DNA from: an uncultured bacterium
GTDB lineage: Bacteria > Vulcanimicrobiota > JAJTBE01 > CAZSLZ01
Reading direction: 5' to 3'
Assembly (NCBI GenBank): GCA_964607865.1
Contig: CAZSLZ010000002.1
Coordinates: 1 to 56,423, forward strand
DNA length: 56,423 bases
The notes under the pieces are model-generated. The model saw only the letters and a list, made by a program, of their open reading frames with translations, did not search any database and had not been told where the DNA came from. The number at the start of each line of letters is the position of its first letter. The first letter of the stretch is position 1. Made by a program: the position numbers and the translations under genes. This document shows positions 41,314 through 50,795 of this stretch, in pieces.

Positions 41314-43647
41314 ATGGCCGATAACACGAATGAATTAAAACAAATAGTTGCCCCATTGGAAGAAGAAAAAAAAATGTGGGCAGGCCTATGTTATCCACTA
41401 TGGTTCGGCTTCTCACCCTGGATCATTTATTCCAATAAAAAGGAAGACCTCTTCCTTTATTTTAATGCTCTTCAGGGGATGTATTATGGTTCCATAACGT
41501 TTTCCGCCACATTAATAAGTTCAATTTTTATTTTTCTTATCTTGTTTTACCGCAGTGATTCCAGCGAACTCACTTCCTCGCCCATTACACGCACACTGGG
41601 GCTGGGAACTGTAACCATAGCTATTCTGGCTGTTTTTCTTCTACTTGTATTTGTAACCTTCGTTATTAATTTATGGTATGGGTACAAAGCTTCCACGGGG
41701 AAATTTGTCAAACTACCCATTATTGGCTCTCTAGCCTTGCAGCAGGTAAATGAATATCATCATCAGCTTATCAGTGATTATGAAGCTGTATTGGATAAAG
41801 AATCCAGTGAAGAGCCTATCAGGGAAGTGGAAACGGAGATGGGTAAAGTTGAGCAGCCTCCTCCCGCAGCTTTATCTCCCGCCGAGCAACTGGTAGCTTC
41901 CATGGGAGGAGAGCCGGGCGGGCAGAGTTATTTTAAATCCGGCTATGAAAATGAAGAAGAGGACCAGGAAGAACAGAGTTTGTCTGAATACCAGAGGCTA
42001 TTACAGGTAAAACCGCCTGTTGAAGAGATTCAGTCTCTTTTCTCGGTTCCTGAAGAGAAGGAGCCTGAAGAAAGTTTAAATGCGGCAGATCAAATATATC
42101 AAAACTTTTACAACCAGCCTCAGGTTGAAAATACTACAGAAACTGGGCCTGTGGTTGAAGATGAACCAGAGGATACTGGTTACTATGAAGATGTGGAGGA
42201 AGAACCTCCCGTTCACATTACCCCGGTAAAAGCAAGTATTTTTGAGATTCAGCGCCGTAAGAAAATGGAAAAGGAAAAACCTGCAGAAGAATACCGGCGT
42301 TTGCAGAGAGAAAGCCGGCCTGTTGAGCATTGTGAAGAGAATATTCGTGAGATTAACCGCTTAAAAAAGGAAAGTGATACTGAGGCTCAGCGAATAAAGA
42401 AAATTGATTTACTCCGCAGGAAAGATTCCCCTGAAGGCCGGATGTCTTCCCTGGAGCGTTTGCAGTTGTTAAACAAAAAGGTTGACAGCAAACAGAAACA
42501 ACTGGAAAAACAGGCGGAGAAAAGTTTCAGTTCACAGAAAAAACCCGAACAGGGACGCAGCACCAGTTTTCTGGGTGAACCGCCATCAGGGGCAAAAAAA
42601 GAAGAGAATGAATTCAAAGAGCTTCCCTTGAAGAAATTTGTTACCAGGAAAGAAGAACCCAAAAAGGAAGAACCCCAATCGACCCAGTTTCTGCCTCAAT
42701 CACCGGAAACCAGGTTTATGCCTCCCGAAGAGCATTATCAATTTATGCAGAAAAGTTACCGGAAGTATAATATGCTTCCCCAGAAAACTTCCAAAAAGGA
42801 TCGGGAGAAGAAGTTGAAATCTACCAGGGATACAGGTTTTTTAACCCCGGAAACTCAGGAACAACTGAATAAAAGGTATCGTAAAATTTCACTGACGGGA
42901 AACAAAAAAGAAACGAATAAGAAAAAAGAACGGCCTTTACCCAAAGCTCCCGAAACCGGTTTTCTGAGTTCATCTCCGTTGGCGAAAAAACCCCAGAAGA
43001 AAAAAGAACCCCAGATAAGAAAAATTGATCTTTCCAAAGCCTGGAAACAGATAGTAAGTGTTGAGGAAACTGATGAGAAAAAAGAAAAAAAGCCGGTTTC
43101 CCGTTCCACCAGTTTTCTTTCTCCTGAAACTTTAAAAAAGTCTCAGACTGAAGACAAAACCGAAAGTGATAATAAATTTGAAACAAAAATTATTCGTGCT
43201 CAGAAACGCATAAACGAAAAAGAACAACCTGCCGAAGAGACCGAAGAAAGTTCAAGAATAAGACAGGCAAAGCAGAGGAAGGAACGCCTGGAATTGCTGA
43301 AACAGAAATATCAGGAGTTGCAGGGAAAAACCGGAGAACTTTCTATTCCCAAAGCTCCTTCATCCCTGAAGAAAACTACCCCGATAAAAACTACAAGGGG
43401 AACAAACTTTCTTAACCCCCAGGAACAGTTTGAGTTGTTACAGAAAAAATACCAGGAAATCAGCTCAACTCAGCAACCTGATTCTTTATCAAGAAAAAAA
43501 CCTGCCCGGAACCAGGCCGGGACACCGCCAGCCCCCGACATGGGCCCCAAAAAAATCGATGTTTCCAAGCTGTCCAGAGAAGAACGAAGAAAAAGGCTCA
43601 GGGCAGTTATGAAAAAAGTCGATTACAAATCCAAAGATAACCAGTAG
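41314..43647 (+). CDS. Membrane protein (DUF4870/Tic20-like N-terminal TM domain) with a ~600-aa acidic then K/E-rich tail carrying T-x-F-L repeats
   Basis: The N-terminus (WAGLCYPLWFGFSPWIIYSNKKEDLFLYFNALQGMYYG) is followed by further TM helices. The tail is low-complexity with repeated motifs. The DUF4870 assignment is from memory. Confidence 0.7.
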   Translation: MADNTNELKQIVAPLEEEKKMWAGLCYPLWFGFSPWIIYSNKKEDLFLYFNALQGMYYGSITFSATLISSIFIFLILFYRSDSSELTSSPITRTLGLGTVTIAILAVFLLLVFVTFVINLWYGYKASTGKFVKLPIIGSLALQQVNEYHHQLISDYEAVLDKESSEEPIREVETEMGKVEQPPPAALSPAEQLVASMGGEPGGQSYFKSGYENEEEDQEEQSLSEYQRLLQVKPPVEEIQSLFSVPEEKEPEESLNAADQIYQNFYNQPQVENTTETGPVVEDEPEDTGYYEDVEEEPPVHITPVKASIFEIQRRKKMEKEKPAEEYRRLQRESRPVEHCEENIREINRLKKESDTEAQRIKKIDLLRRKDSPEGRMSSLERLQLLNKKVDSKQKQLEKQAEKSFSSQKKPEQGRSTSFLGEPPSGAKKEENEFKELPLKKFVTRKEEPKKEEPQSTQFLPQSPETRFMPPEEHYQFMQKSYRKYNMLPQKTSKKDREKKLKSTRDTGFLTPETQEQLNKRYRKISLTGNKKETNKKKERPLPKAPETGFLSSSPLAKKPQKKKEPQIRKIDLSKAWKQIVSVEETDEKKEKKPVSRSTSFLSPETLKKSQTEDKTESDNKFETKIIRAQKRINEKEQPAEETEESSRIRQAKQRKERLELLKQKYQELQGKTGELSIPKAPSSLKKTTPIKTTRGTNFLNPQEQFELLQKKYQEISSTQQPDSLSRKKPARNQAGTPPAPDMGPKKIDVSKLSREERRKRLRAVMKKVDYKSKDNQ

Positions 43648-43848
43648 TTCTTATTTAGAATAATCTTGTGTTATAAAGCCTGCCTGTATTCAGCCCGGCA
43701 TTTCTCTGCAGATATACTTCCTCGTTATCAAATATAAAAAGGTGTTCCTCTGCTGAATAATGAATTTTTTATTGTAGTAATTCTCAAAAAAGCTTTATAT
43801 TTTCGGGGATGCTATAAATTCTTAAAATAACAACAGAGAGGTTTGTGT

Positions 43849-45156
43849 ATGTTTAAAAGGTTGAATAAAAGAAATAAATTTTTGCTTCTGGTTATTGTTC
43901 TAACCCTGGTGGTAAACCTGGTTTCCTGCAGCGAAGCCCACTCCAGCTTAGAAAAAAGCCTGCAGATTGTGGAATCGGTTCCTCTTGAAACCGAATTGGG
44001 AAACAAGAAATTTCTGGATACCCAGACAACCTGGCTGGAAATGATCAAGTCAGCGAAAAAAAGTATCGAATTGGAAACATTTTATATATCTACTAACCAG
44101 GATGGCCCTCTCACACCCGTTATTGAAGCCCTGAAAGATGCAGGAAAACGGGGAGTGAAAGTAAGGATTATCTCTGATTCAAATTTTTATAAAACCTATC
44201 CCGAACCTTTGAATTCTTTGAATGAAAGTAAAAATATCACAGTAAGAATCATACCTTTTGAACTTCTTGCTGAAGGCGTAATGCATGCCAAATTTTTTAT
44301 AGTTGATGACAATGAAGTTTTTATGGGAAGCCAGAATTTTGACTGGCGGGCTTTAAATCATATTCACGAATTGGGAGTAAAAATAAACAGCCCTGAAATT
44401 GCCGGCGAATTTAAAAAGATTTTTGAACTTGACTGGAAACTTTGTGATGAAAAAAACACAGAAGATCTGGCAGATATTCAGAACTTATTGAATGCAGAAC
44501 AGGGAGAGGTCAATTGTAAAAACCCGGTGGAAATAAACTATAATGGAAAACAGGCACGGGTTTACCCCGCTTTCAGCCCGCCAATTCTGTTATTCAAGGA
44601 TATGAATTCTGAAGAAGAAGAGATCATAAAACTGGTTGATAGCGCCAAAAAGGAAGTATGGATTCAGGTAATGAGTTACACCCCCATTCCCAGGAATAAA
44701 ACAAAGAAAGATTCCTACTACGAAAAAATTGACAACGCCCTCAGAAGGGCAGCTGCCCGGGGGGTTGATGTAAGATTATTGGTTTCCAACTGGGGGACAG
44801 GCAAGAAAACTCCTTATTTGAAGTCGTTGGCCTGTTTTCCGGGAATTGATGTCCGTATAAGTAACATACCTGAATACAGCAAGGGTTTCATACCTTTCGC
44901 CCGGGTGGAACATGGCAAGTATATGCTGGTAGATAAGGACAGAACTCTGATCAGTACTGCCAACTGGGAGAAGAGCTATTTTCATAACTCGAGAAACGCC
45001 AGTATTATTGTCGAAAGCCCCGATGTAAACAGTGAAATGAGAGAAACCTTCGAAAAAAGCTGGTCGGCAAAAACCACAGAAGAGATCGATTTGAAAAAAT
45101 TCTACAAACGCCCCAATATTTACCCCAAAAAGAAAAAAGACAATGGCAAGGATTAA
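43849..45156 (+). CDS. Phospholipase D-family lipoprotein (two HKD motifs)
   Basis: It has a lipobox (LVSC) after a signal peptide. The two HKD motifs are HAKFFIVDDNEVFMGSQNF and HGKYMLVDKDRTLISTANW. I chose the ATG at 43849, downstream of GAGAGG. Confidence 0.85.
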   Translation: MFKRLNKRNKFLLLVIVLTLVVNLVSCSEAHSSLEKSLQIVESVPLETELGNKKFLDTQTTWLEMIKSAKKSIELETFYISTNQDGPLTPVIEALKDAGKRGVKVRIISDSNFYKTYPEPLNSLNESKNITVRIIPFELLAEGVMHAKFFIVDDNEVFMGSQNFDWRALNHIHELGVKINSPEIAGEFKKIFELDWKLCDEKNTEDLADIQNLLNAEQGEVNCKNPVEINYNGKQARVYPAFSPPILLFKDMNSEEEEIIKLVDSAKKEVWIQVMSYTPIPRNKTKKDSYYEKIDNALRRAAARGVDVRLLVSNWGTGKKTPYLKSLACFPGIDVRISNIPEYSKGFIPFARVEHGKYMLVDKDRTLISTANWEKSYFHNSRNASIIVESPDVNSEMRETFEKSWSAKTTEEIDLKKFYKRPNIYPKKKKDNGKD

Positions 45157-46108
45157 CCTGCAAATATCCCACAACAGGAAATTTGACGTGGTGGGCATGG
45201 GAATGAACGCCATTGACCATATTATTACCGTGCCGGGTTATCCCGAGCCCAACTCCAAAACCCGGTTAAAGGAATACAATTTACAGGGAGGAGGGCAGAT
45301 TGGAAACTCTCTGGCCGCCCTTGCCAGGCTGGGTTTAAAAACCCGGTGCCTGGGCAAGGTAGGTGACGACTGGCAGGGCGAACTTTCACTGAAACTTCTT
45401 AAAGAAGCCGGTGTCGATGTTTCCTTTGTTATTCAGGAAAAAAATTGTACCAACCAGTTTGCCTTTATTATTGTTGATGAAAGAAACGGCAATCGCACCA
45501 TAATGGCTCACCGCCATAAAAAACTGGAATTTGAGCCCGGCGATTTTCCCAAGAAAGCGATATTGTCGGGCAAAATTTTGTTCCTCGACGGTTCAGGTAA
45601 AAAATGTTCCCTCGATGCCATCAGATTGGCACAAAAAGCAGGAATACCCGTAGTTCTTGATGTGGAAAGAATGAAGGATTATCTGGAAGATATGCTGGGG
45701 CTGGCAGATGTTATAATAGCAGCTGAAACCTTCAAAGATGCCATTTGTCCCGGAGAAAACTGGGAAAAATTTCTGGAAATAATATTCCGGAAATACTCTC
45801 CCAGATATTGCGGAATCACACTGGGTGAAAAGGGCTCAGCCGGGTTTGACGGAAAAAACCTGTATTATGCGCCTTCATACCCGGCCAGGGTGGCAGATAC
45901 TACCGGCGCCGGTGATATCTATCATGCCGCTTTTATTTTCGGGTTACTGCAGGAATGGGATATTGGGAGGGTTATACTCTTTTCCAATGCAGCTGCCGGT
46001 TTGAAATGTGAACATATCGGAGCCAGGGCAGGAGCGCCGGAATTTGAAGAGGTTGAAAGATTGATGGAAGAAAATACAAATATTAAATGTAAAGTTTATG
46101 AGAGGTAA
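45143..46108 (+). CDS. PfkB-family sugar kinase (ribokinase-like)
   Basis: It has the motifs DVVGMGMNAIDHI, a GG dipeptide and TTGAGDIYHAAF. Its start overlaps the PLD gene by 14 nt. Confidence 0.82.
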   Translation: MARINLQISHNRKFDVVGMGMNAIDHIITVPGYPEPNSKTRLKEYNLQGGGQIGNSLAALARLGLKTRCLGKVGDDWQGELSLKLLKEAGVDVSFVIQEKNCTNQFAFIIVDERNGNRTIMAHRHKKLEFEPGDFPKKAILSGKILFLDGSGKKCSLDAIRLAQKAGIPVVLDVERMKDYLEDMLGLADVIIAAETFKDAICPGENWEKFLEIIFRKYSPRYCGITLGEKGSAGFDGKNLYYAPSYPARVADTTGAGDIYHAAFIFGLLQEWDIGRVILFSNAAAGLKCEHIGARAGAPEFEEVERLMEENTNIKCKVYER

Positions 46109-46112
46109 GTTA

Positions 46113-46619
46113 ATGAAAGATAAATTTTTAGGCCTGGTTTTTCTGGGAATTATTATTTTGACAGGGACCGGGCTTTATTTTGCCTATGACAGTTACGCTC
46201 ACCCCCGGATTCCCGATATGTCCCTGCCCACCACCAACGGAAAACAGGAGAAACTTCTTGATTTCAAGGGCAAAAAATATGGCGTAATTATGTATGGTTC
46301 CCTTACACCATGCAAAGGGCACATATCAGCAATGAAAAAGAACGCCAAATCTTACGATATTTTAATGAAAAGCGAAAAGTATCACCCGATTCTGGTTTAT
46401 GGAGATAAAGATGCCGCCGGCGCCCTGGAATTTGCCAAAACCCTGGGCAAACCGGTTTTTCTTGATCCCGGCAGAAAATTGGCAAAAATACTAGGGGTTA
46501 AATGGTATCTTGTTGCAGTATTCGATGAAAAAGGCAAATCCAGGGTGTTTCGCCATGGTATAGGATTGATTCCCAAAAAGGAACTGCCTGAACTGCTGGA
46601 CAAAGATGTGGAAAAATAA
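46113..46619 (+). CDS. Membrane-anchored thioredoxin-fold (TlpA/redoxin-like) protein with a single Cys (TPC instead of CxxC)
   Basis: It has an N-terminal TM segment. The layout PTTNGKQEKLLDFKGKKYGVIMYGSLTPCKGH resembles a redoxin fold with a degenerate active site. I chose the ATG at 46113, which follows GAGAGG. Confidence 0.5.
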   Translation: MKDKFLGLVFLGIIILTGTGLYFAYDSYAHPRIPDMSLPTTNGKQEKLLDFKGKKYGVIMYGSLTPCKGHISAMKKNAKSYDILMKSEKYHPILVYGDKDAAGALEFAKTLGKPVFLDPGRKLAKILGVKWYLVAVFDEKGKSRVFRHGIGLIPKKELPELLDKDVEK

Positions 46620-46686
46620 TATTACCAGAAGGAGTCCCTGTATTAAAAACATAGGCTGGGTGGCAACTTTTTCTTTGTTTGCTTAC

Positions 46687-46797
46687 CTTGGCTTCGTGAG
46701 CGTCGGATCTTTTGCTTTTTTCCAGCTACATTGCGAACAATATATTTACTTTTCTAAAACAGCGTCATTGCGGGGTTTCGCAGAAACCATGGCAATC
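46687..46797. repeat. Hairpin-repeat family copy 3 (core in inverted orientation)
   Basis: 46687-46746 aligns with the reverse complement of 1235-1329 (cttg.c.t.gtgagc..cggatctt..gct.tttt.c...tac.atgcgaacaat). The hairpin at 46763-46797 is cgtcattgcggggtttcgcagaaaccatggcaatc, and it ends at the stop codon of the minus-strand gene. Confidence 0.8.
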
Positions 46798-47351
46798 TAT
46801 TTGTACGTCTTTATAATTTGAAAGTATTTCTTTCCACTGTTCCGGGCTCTCATAATCTGGCCTGCAGTAGCCTTGTAGCCAAGAATATCCTTGGCAAATT
46901 TCAACCCTGCCAGATTTCGATATTCTCCATCATATAACTTTATGGGTTTGCCGTAGTTAAGCCAACTATGATATTGGCCATAGGCGTGGCGGAATTCACT
47001 GGGGATATGGGCGCCCCCCGTGGATATATAGAACATGGAGGGGTTCACATTCAATTTCTCTACAATTTCCTGCCAGCTCATTGCTTCTTTTCGCCATTTA
47101 TTTATAGTGAAGGGGTCCGTTCCGGTCTTCTGGGTAAGGTAAAAGTTAACCAGCACATCGCCGGGAAACTCCCTGTAGCTTTGGCCCACAGAAATCACCA
47201 CAATGGGATCCTGGTGGAAATATCTGGAAACCATAGTGGTCATAGGGCTGTTGTTGTAAAACACGGTAGCCGGATCCGGTTCTTCCATAGCGATGGCTCC
47301 CGATATTGATATTGCCAGCAGTAACAATGCCATTATAATTTGCTTCTTCAT
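46797..47351 (-). CDS. Secreted protein of unknown function (paralog B)
   Basis: It has a signal peptide (MKKQIIMALLLLAISISGAIA). It is homologous to the upstream gene: DPFTINKWRKEAMSWQEIVEKL versus DPRDIMGLKRKGMEWHQVIKTI, and LYDGEYRNLAGLKF versus LTDDETRNMVNLNL. Confidence 0.6.
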   Translation of the reverse strand: MKKQIIMALLLLAISISGAIAMEEPDPATVFYNNSPMTTMVSRYFHQDPIVVISVGQSYREFPGDVLVNFYLTQKTGTDPFTINKWRKEAMSWQEIVEKLNVNPSMFYISTGGAHIPSEFRHAYGQYHSWLNYGKPIKLYDGEYRNLAGLKFAKDILGYKATAGQIMRARNSGKKYFQIIKTYK

Positions 47352-47369
47352 TTTTTATCTTCCTTTCTC

Positions 47370-47948
47370 TTATCTGCCGCCGGAAAGAATCATATAGATC
47401 CAGTCGGCGCCTTCATTTTTCTTTCTCATTACATTAAGGGAAGGAACCCCAAAGGCTTTCACCACCAGGTTAAGATTAACCATGTTTCTGGTTTCATCGT
47501 CAGTGAGTTGTATTTCTTTTAAAGGGTCCTTTTCCCAGTGACGGAACTTATCGAAGGCTGAGCGAAAAATTCCGGGGACCCGGGAAGTTCTGGATATCTC
47601 TGCGGCAGTAAATAATTCTGCCGGGTCATAACCGATGGTTTTTATAACCTGATGCCATTCCATTCCCTTTCTTTTCAGCCCCATTATATCTCTGGGGTCA
47701 AGGCCGGTATTTTTTCCCAGGTGCAGGCACACCGCCACATCATCATCGTTTTCCGCCCCTATAAAACTGCCCAGGGTGGCTACCATTTTTTTGTCATACC
47801 CATACTGCTGTGCCATTATCCATGTAAGCATGGAATCTTCGGCCCAGTGCGGCGGGGGGTCGGGCAGGCCCTGGGGTTTTACTGTTTCAATACCTGTGAA
47901 TAACAACAGCAGTATACAAAGAATGGTTCTTATTGATCTTGTTCTCAT
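47370..47948 (-). CDS. Secreted protein of unknown function (paralog A)
   Basis: I placed the start at the ATG at 47948 (MRTRSIRTILCILLLLF), which follows GGAGG. It has a signal peptide. An 18-nt gap separates it from paralog B. Confidence 0.6.
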   Translation of the reverse strand: MRTRSIRTILCILLLLFTGIETVKPQGLPDPPPHWAEDSMLTWIMAQQYGYDKKMVATLGSFIGAENDDDVAVCLHLGKNTGLDPRDIMGLKRKGMEWHQVIKTIGYDPAELFTAAEISRTSRVPGIFRSAFDKFRHWEKDPLKEIQLTDDETRNMVNLNLVVKAFGVPSLNVMRKKNEGADWIYMILSGGR

Positions 47949-48166
47949 AAAAAAATTACCTCCATGAAACAAGAATAAGGTTAAACCTCAAACTTAAAGG
48001 GCTGTACTCAGCTTGGAAAATACAGAGGAAAAAACATATAATTATTGAATATATAGTTTATTGATTATAATTATCCTTCATTAGAGTTATAAACAATAAT
48101 TAACTGGAGCTTTACCGGTTAAATGCAAGTTTCCAACCGTAGGCTTGAGTCGAAAAAGGTGAGTCC

Positions 48167-49483
48167 ATGCTGAAAAATATTATACAGTTTTCCGATATGA
48201 TACCAGAAATTTCCGGTTCTCCTTTCGTCAACCTCTCTTCTGATGTTAATCGCTATGTACTCGACAACGGAATGGTAATCCTTACCAAGGAAGTTTATCC
48301 CACCAATGTGGTTTTTCTATCTTTATGGGCACGGGTGGGGTCCTCCTATGAAATCGACGAGGAAGCCGGCATTTCCCACTTTGTGGAACACATGCTCTTC
48401 AAGACTACAAAAAAAAGGGGCCTGGGTCAGATTGCACAGGAAATACACGCCCTGGGCGGTTATCTGAACGGTTTTACATCTTATGACTGCACAGCTTACT
48501 GGATGGTTTTGCCCGGTTCTTCCTTTAACAAGGCAATGGAAATTTTGTACGATGCAATTTTCAATCCTCTTTTTGACCCGGCGGAAGTAGAAAAGGAAGC
48601 TAATGTCATTCTGGAAGAGATTGCCATGTATAAAGACCGTCCCGAATCTTACCTTTCAAAGAAATTAATGCGGGAAGCTTTTCAGAAACATAATTATGGC
48701 CGGCCCATTATAGGCTTTGAAGAGGTGGTTAAGAATGCCACAGCCAGCCAGCTTCAGAAATATTATCATCATTATTACAAGCCCAATAATTGTTTTCTGG
48801 TAGCGGTGGGGGATCTGGATACCATGGAAGTAGTTCAGAAAAGCGAACGGATCTACAGAAAATTAAAAGAGGGAAATATCGAAAAATTAACTTCTACCAG
48901 GGAGCCCGCCCAGAAGGAATTGAGAAGGGTGGATTTAACGGGCAGAATCCAGAGCGGCCATATTCAGATGGCGTTTCATATTCCTTCAATTTTTGACAAG
49001 GACACCTATCCATTGGCATTGATTGCCAATGTTCTGGGTAATGGTAAATCTTCCAGGTTGTATAGGGAATTAAGGGAAAAAAGGAAGCTGGTCAATGATG
49101 TGGCAGCTTATACTTATTCCCAGAAAGATCCATGTCTTATGTTTATCGATATGGAATTACCCCAGAAAAACATGAAGGCCACCGAGGAAGCTGTCTTTGA
49201 AATTCTTGAAGATCTGCGCAAGAATGGTATAACCGAAAAGGAATTTGAACGGGCAAGGAACCTTGAAGAGTTTCAATATGTGGCGGGCCAGGAAACAGTG
49301 GAAGCCCAGGGACGCAAGGTGGGATACGCCGAGATTATGGGAGATTACATGCTGGTGGAAAAATATATTCAGCGATTGTTATCTGTAAGCAGGGAAGAAG
49401 CTGAGGAAGCAGCATGTCAATACCTGGTGCCCTTCAACTGCACGGTGGGAACTTATCAACCCGGAGACGACGAAGAAGAATAA
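48167..49483 (+). CDS. M16-family zinc peptidase (active subunit)
   Basis: It has the inverted zinc motif HxxEH (ISHFVEHMLFK) and a downstream Glu region. Confidence 0.9.
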   Translation: MLKNIIQFSDMIPEISGSPFVNLSSDVNRYVLDNGMVILTKEVYPTNVVFLSLWARVGSSYEIDEEAGISHFVEHMLFKTTKKRGLGQIAQEIHALGGYLNGFTSYDCTAYWMVLPGSSFNKAMEILYDAIFNPLFDPAEVEKEANVILEEIAMYKDRPESYLSKKLMREAFQKHNYGRPIIGFEEVVKNATASQLQKYYHHYYKPNNCFLVAVGDLDTMEVVQKSERIYRKLKEGNIEKLTSTREPAQKELRRVDLTGRIQSGHIQMAFHIPSIFDKDTYPLALIANVLGNGKSSRLYRELREKRKLVNDVAAYTYSQKDPCLMFIDMELPQKNMKATEEAVFEILEDLRKNGITEKEFERARNLEEFQYVAGQETVEAQGRKVGYAEIMGDYMLVEKYIQRLLSVSREEAEEAACQYLVPFNCTVGTYQPGDDEEE

Positions 49484-49517
49484 GCTGATTCTATATCATT
49501 TTTGAAGGTGGAGCCGA

Positions 49518-50795
49518 ATGGGAAGAAAAAGGAAAAAGGAAAAAATTACAACTCAGAAGATAGAACTTGATAATAAAACCCGGATTCTGGTCCGTGAAGA
49601 CCACTCCAACCCTATTATTTCTATGGTAGCAGCCTTCAGGGGCGGGCGCTGCCTGGAAACTGAAGAAAATAACGGCCTGACATCCTTGTGTATGAGAACC
49701 CTCATGAGCGGGTGCGACGGCTACGATCTTTTCAGCCTGAATGAAGAACTGGAACAATTCGGCATCAGTATTTATCCTTTTTATGGCGCCGACACTCTGG
49801 GCCTTAAAATGAACTGTATTTCCAAACATTTTGACAAAGGCCTGGAGTTATTCAGAATAATTCTTCTGTCTCCCACATTTCCTGAAGAAGAACTGGAGAA
49901 GGAAAAAGAAAACCTGATTGAAGATATTAAAAAAGAAAAAGATGATATTTTTTCCTACAGTTTAAATGTCTGCCGCCGCCTGGTTTTTGAAGACCACTCT
50001 TACGGGCTGCCCGTATATGGGACTGATGAAACTGTCAGTAAGTTAAATCGCCAGGCTGTTATGGACTATCATAAAAATCTTTTCTGCCCCAGAAATATGG
50101 TTATATCTTTTGTGGGCGATATTGAGGCTGAACAGGCAAGACAAAGTATTGAGGATAATTTTAAAGATTATGATTTCTGTGGTGAAATCCCCGAAGTAGA
50201 AAAAGCAAAAAAGAGTATAAAGAACGTCAAGGAAGAAACCATAACCACAGAGAAGCAACAGGTGGCAATTTGCATCGGTTTTCACGCCCCTTCAATCTAC
50301 AGCGAAGATTTCTACACTTTCAAGGTCCTGAACCAGGTATTGTCGGGTATGGGGTCCCGGCTGTTCATTGAATTGCGGGACAGGCAAAGCCTGGCATACT
50401 CTGTAAATTCGCGTTATACAAGTTATATGGGTGGTGGAATTTTCCAGGCATATATCCTGACCTCATACAAACATAAAGAAAAAGCGCGGTTGTCGTTACT
50501 GGAAGAAGTAGATAGATTAAGAACCCGGCTGGTTACCTATGACGAGCTGGTCAGAGCCAAGCGTTATCACTTGGGGCTTTTTGATATTGGCCTGCAACGA
50601 AAAATTTCCAAGGCATCAAAGTTGGGCTTTTATGAAATAGCTGGCCAGGGTTATGATTTTATAGACGGTTATTCAGAAAAGATAAAACGAATTACCCGCC
50701 AGAAAGTAAAAAGAGCGGCGGAGAAGTATTTAAAACCTCAGTGTTATGCCATTTCTATTCTGAGTCCAGCAACTTTCCCAAAAAGTCTTCGATAA
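49518..50795 (+). CDS. M16-family peptidase-like protein lacking HxxEH (probable non-catalytic partner)
   Basis: It has the same fold pattern as its neighbour, but no HxxEH motif is visible in the N-terminal domain. Confidence 0.8.
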   Translation: MGRKRKKEKITTQKIELDNKTRILVREDHSNPIISMVAAFRGGRCLETEENNGLTSLCMRTLMSGCDGYDLFSLNEELEQFGISIYPFYGADTLGLKMNCISKHFDKGLELFRIILLSPTFPEEELEKEKENLIEDIKKEKDDIFSYSLNVCRRLVFEDHSYGLPVYGTDETVSKLNRQAVMDYHKNLFCPRNMVISFVGDIEAEQARQSIEDNFKDYDFCGEIPEVEKAKKSIKNVKEETITTEKQQVAICIGFHAPSIYSEDFYTFKVLNQVLSGMGSRLFIELRDRQSLAYSVNSRYTSYMGGGIFQAYILTSYKHKEKARLSLLEEVDRLRTRLVTYDELVRAKRYHLGLFDIGLQRKISKASKLGFYEIAGQGYDFIDGYSEKIKRITRQKVKRAAEKYLKPQCYAISILSPATFPKSLR

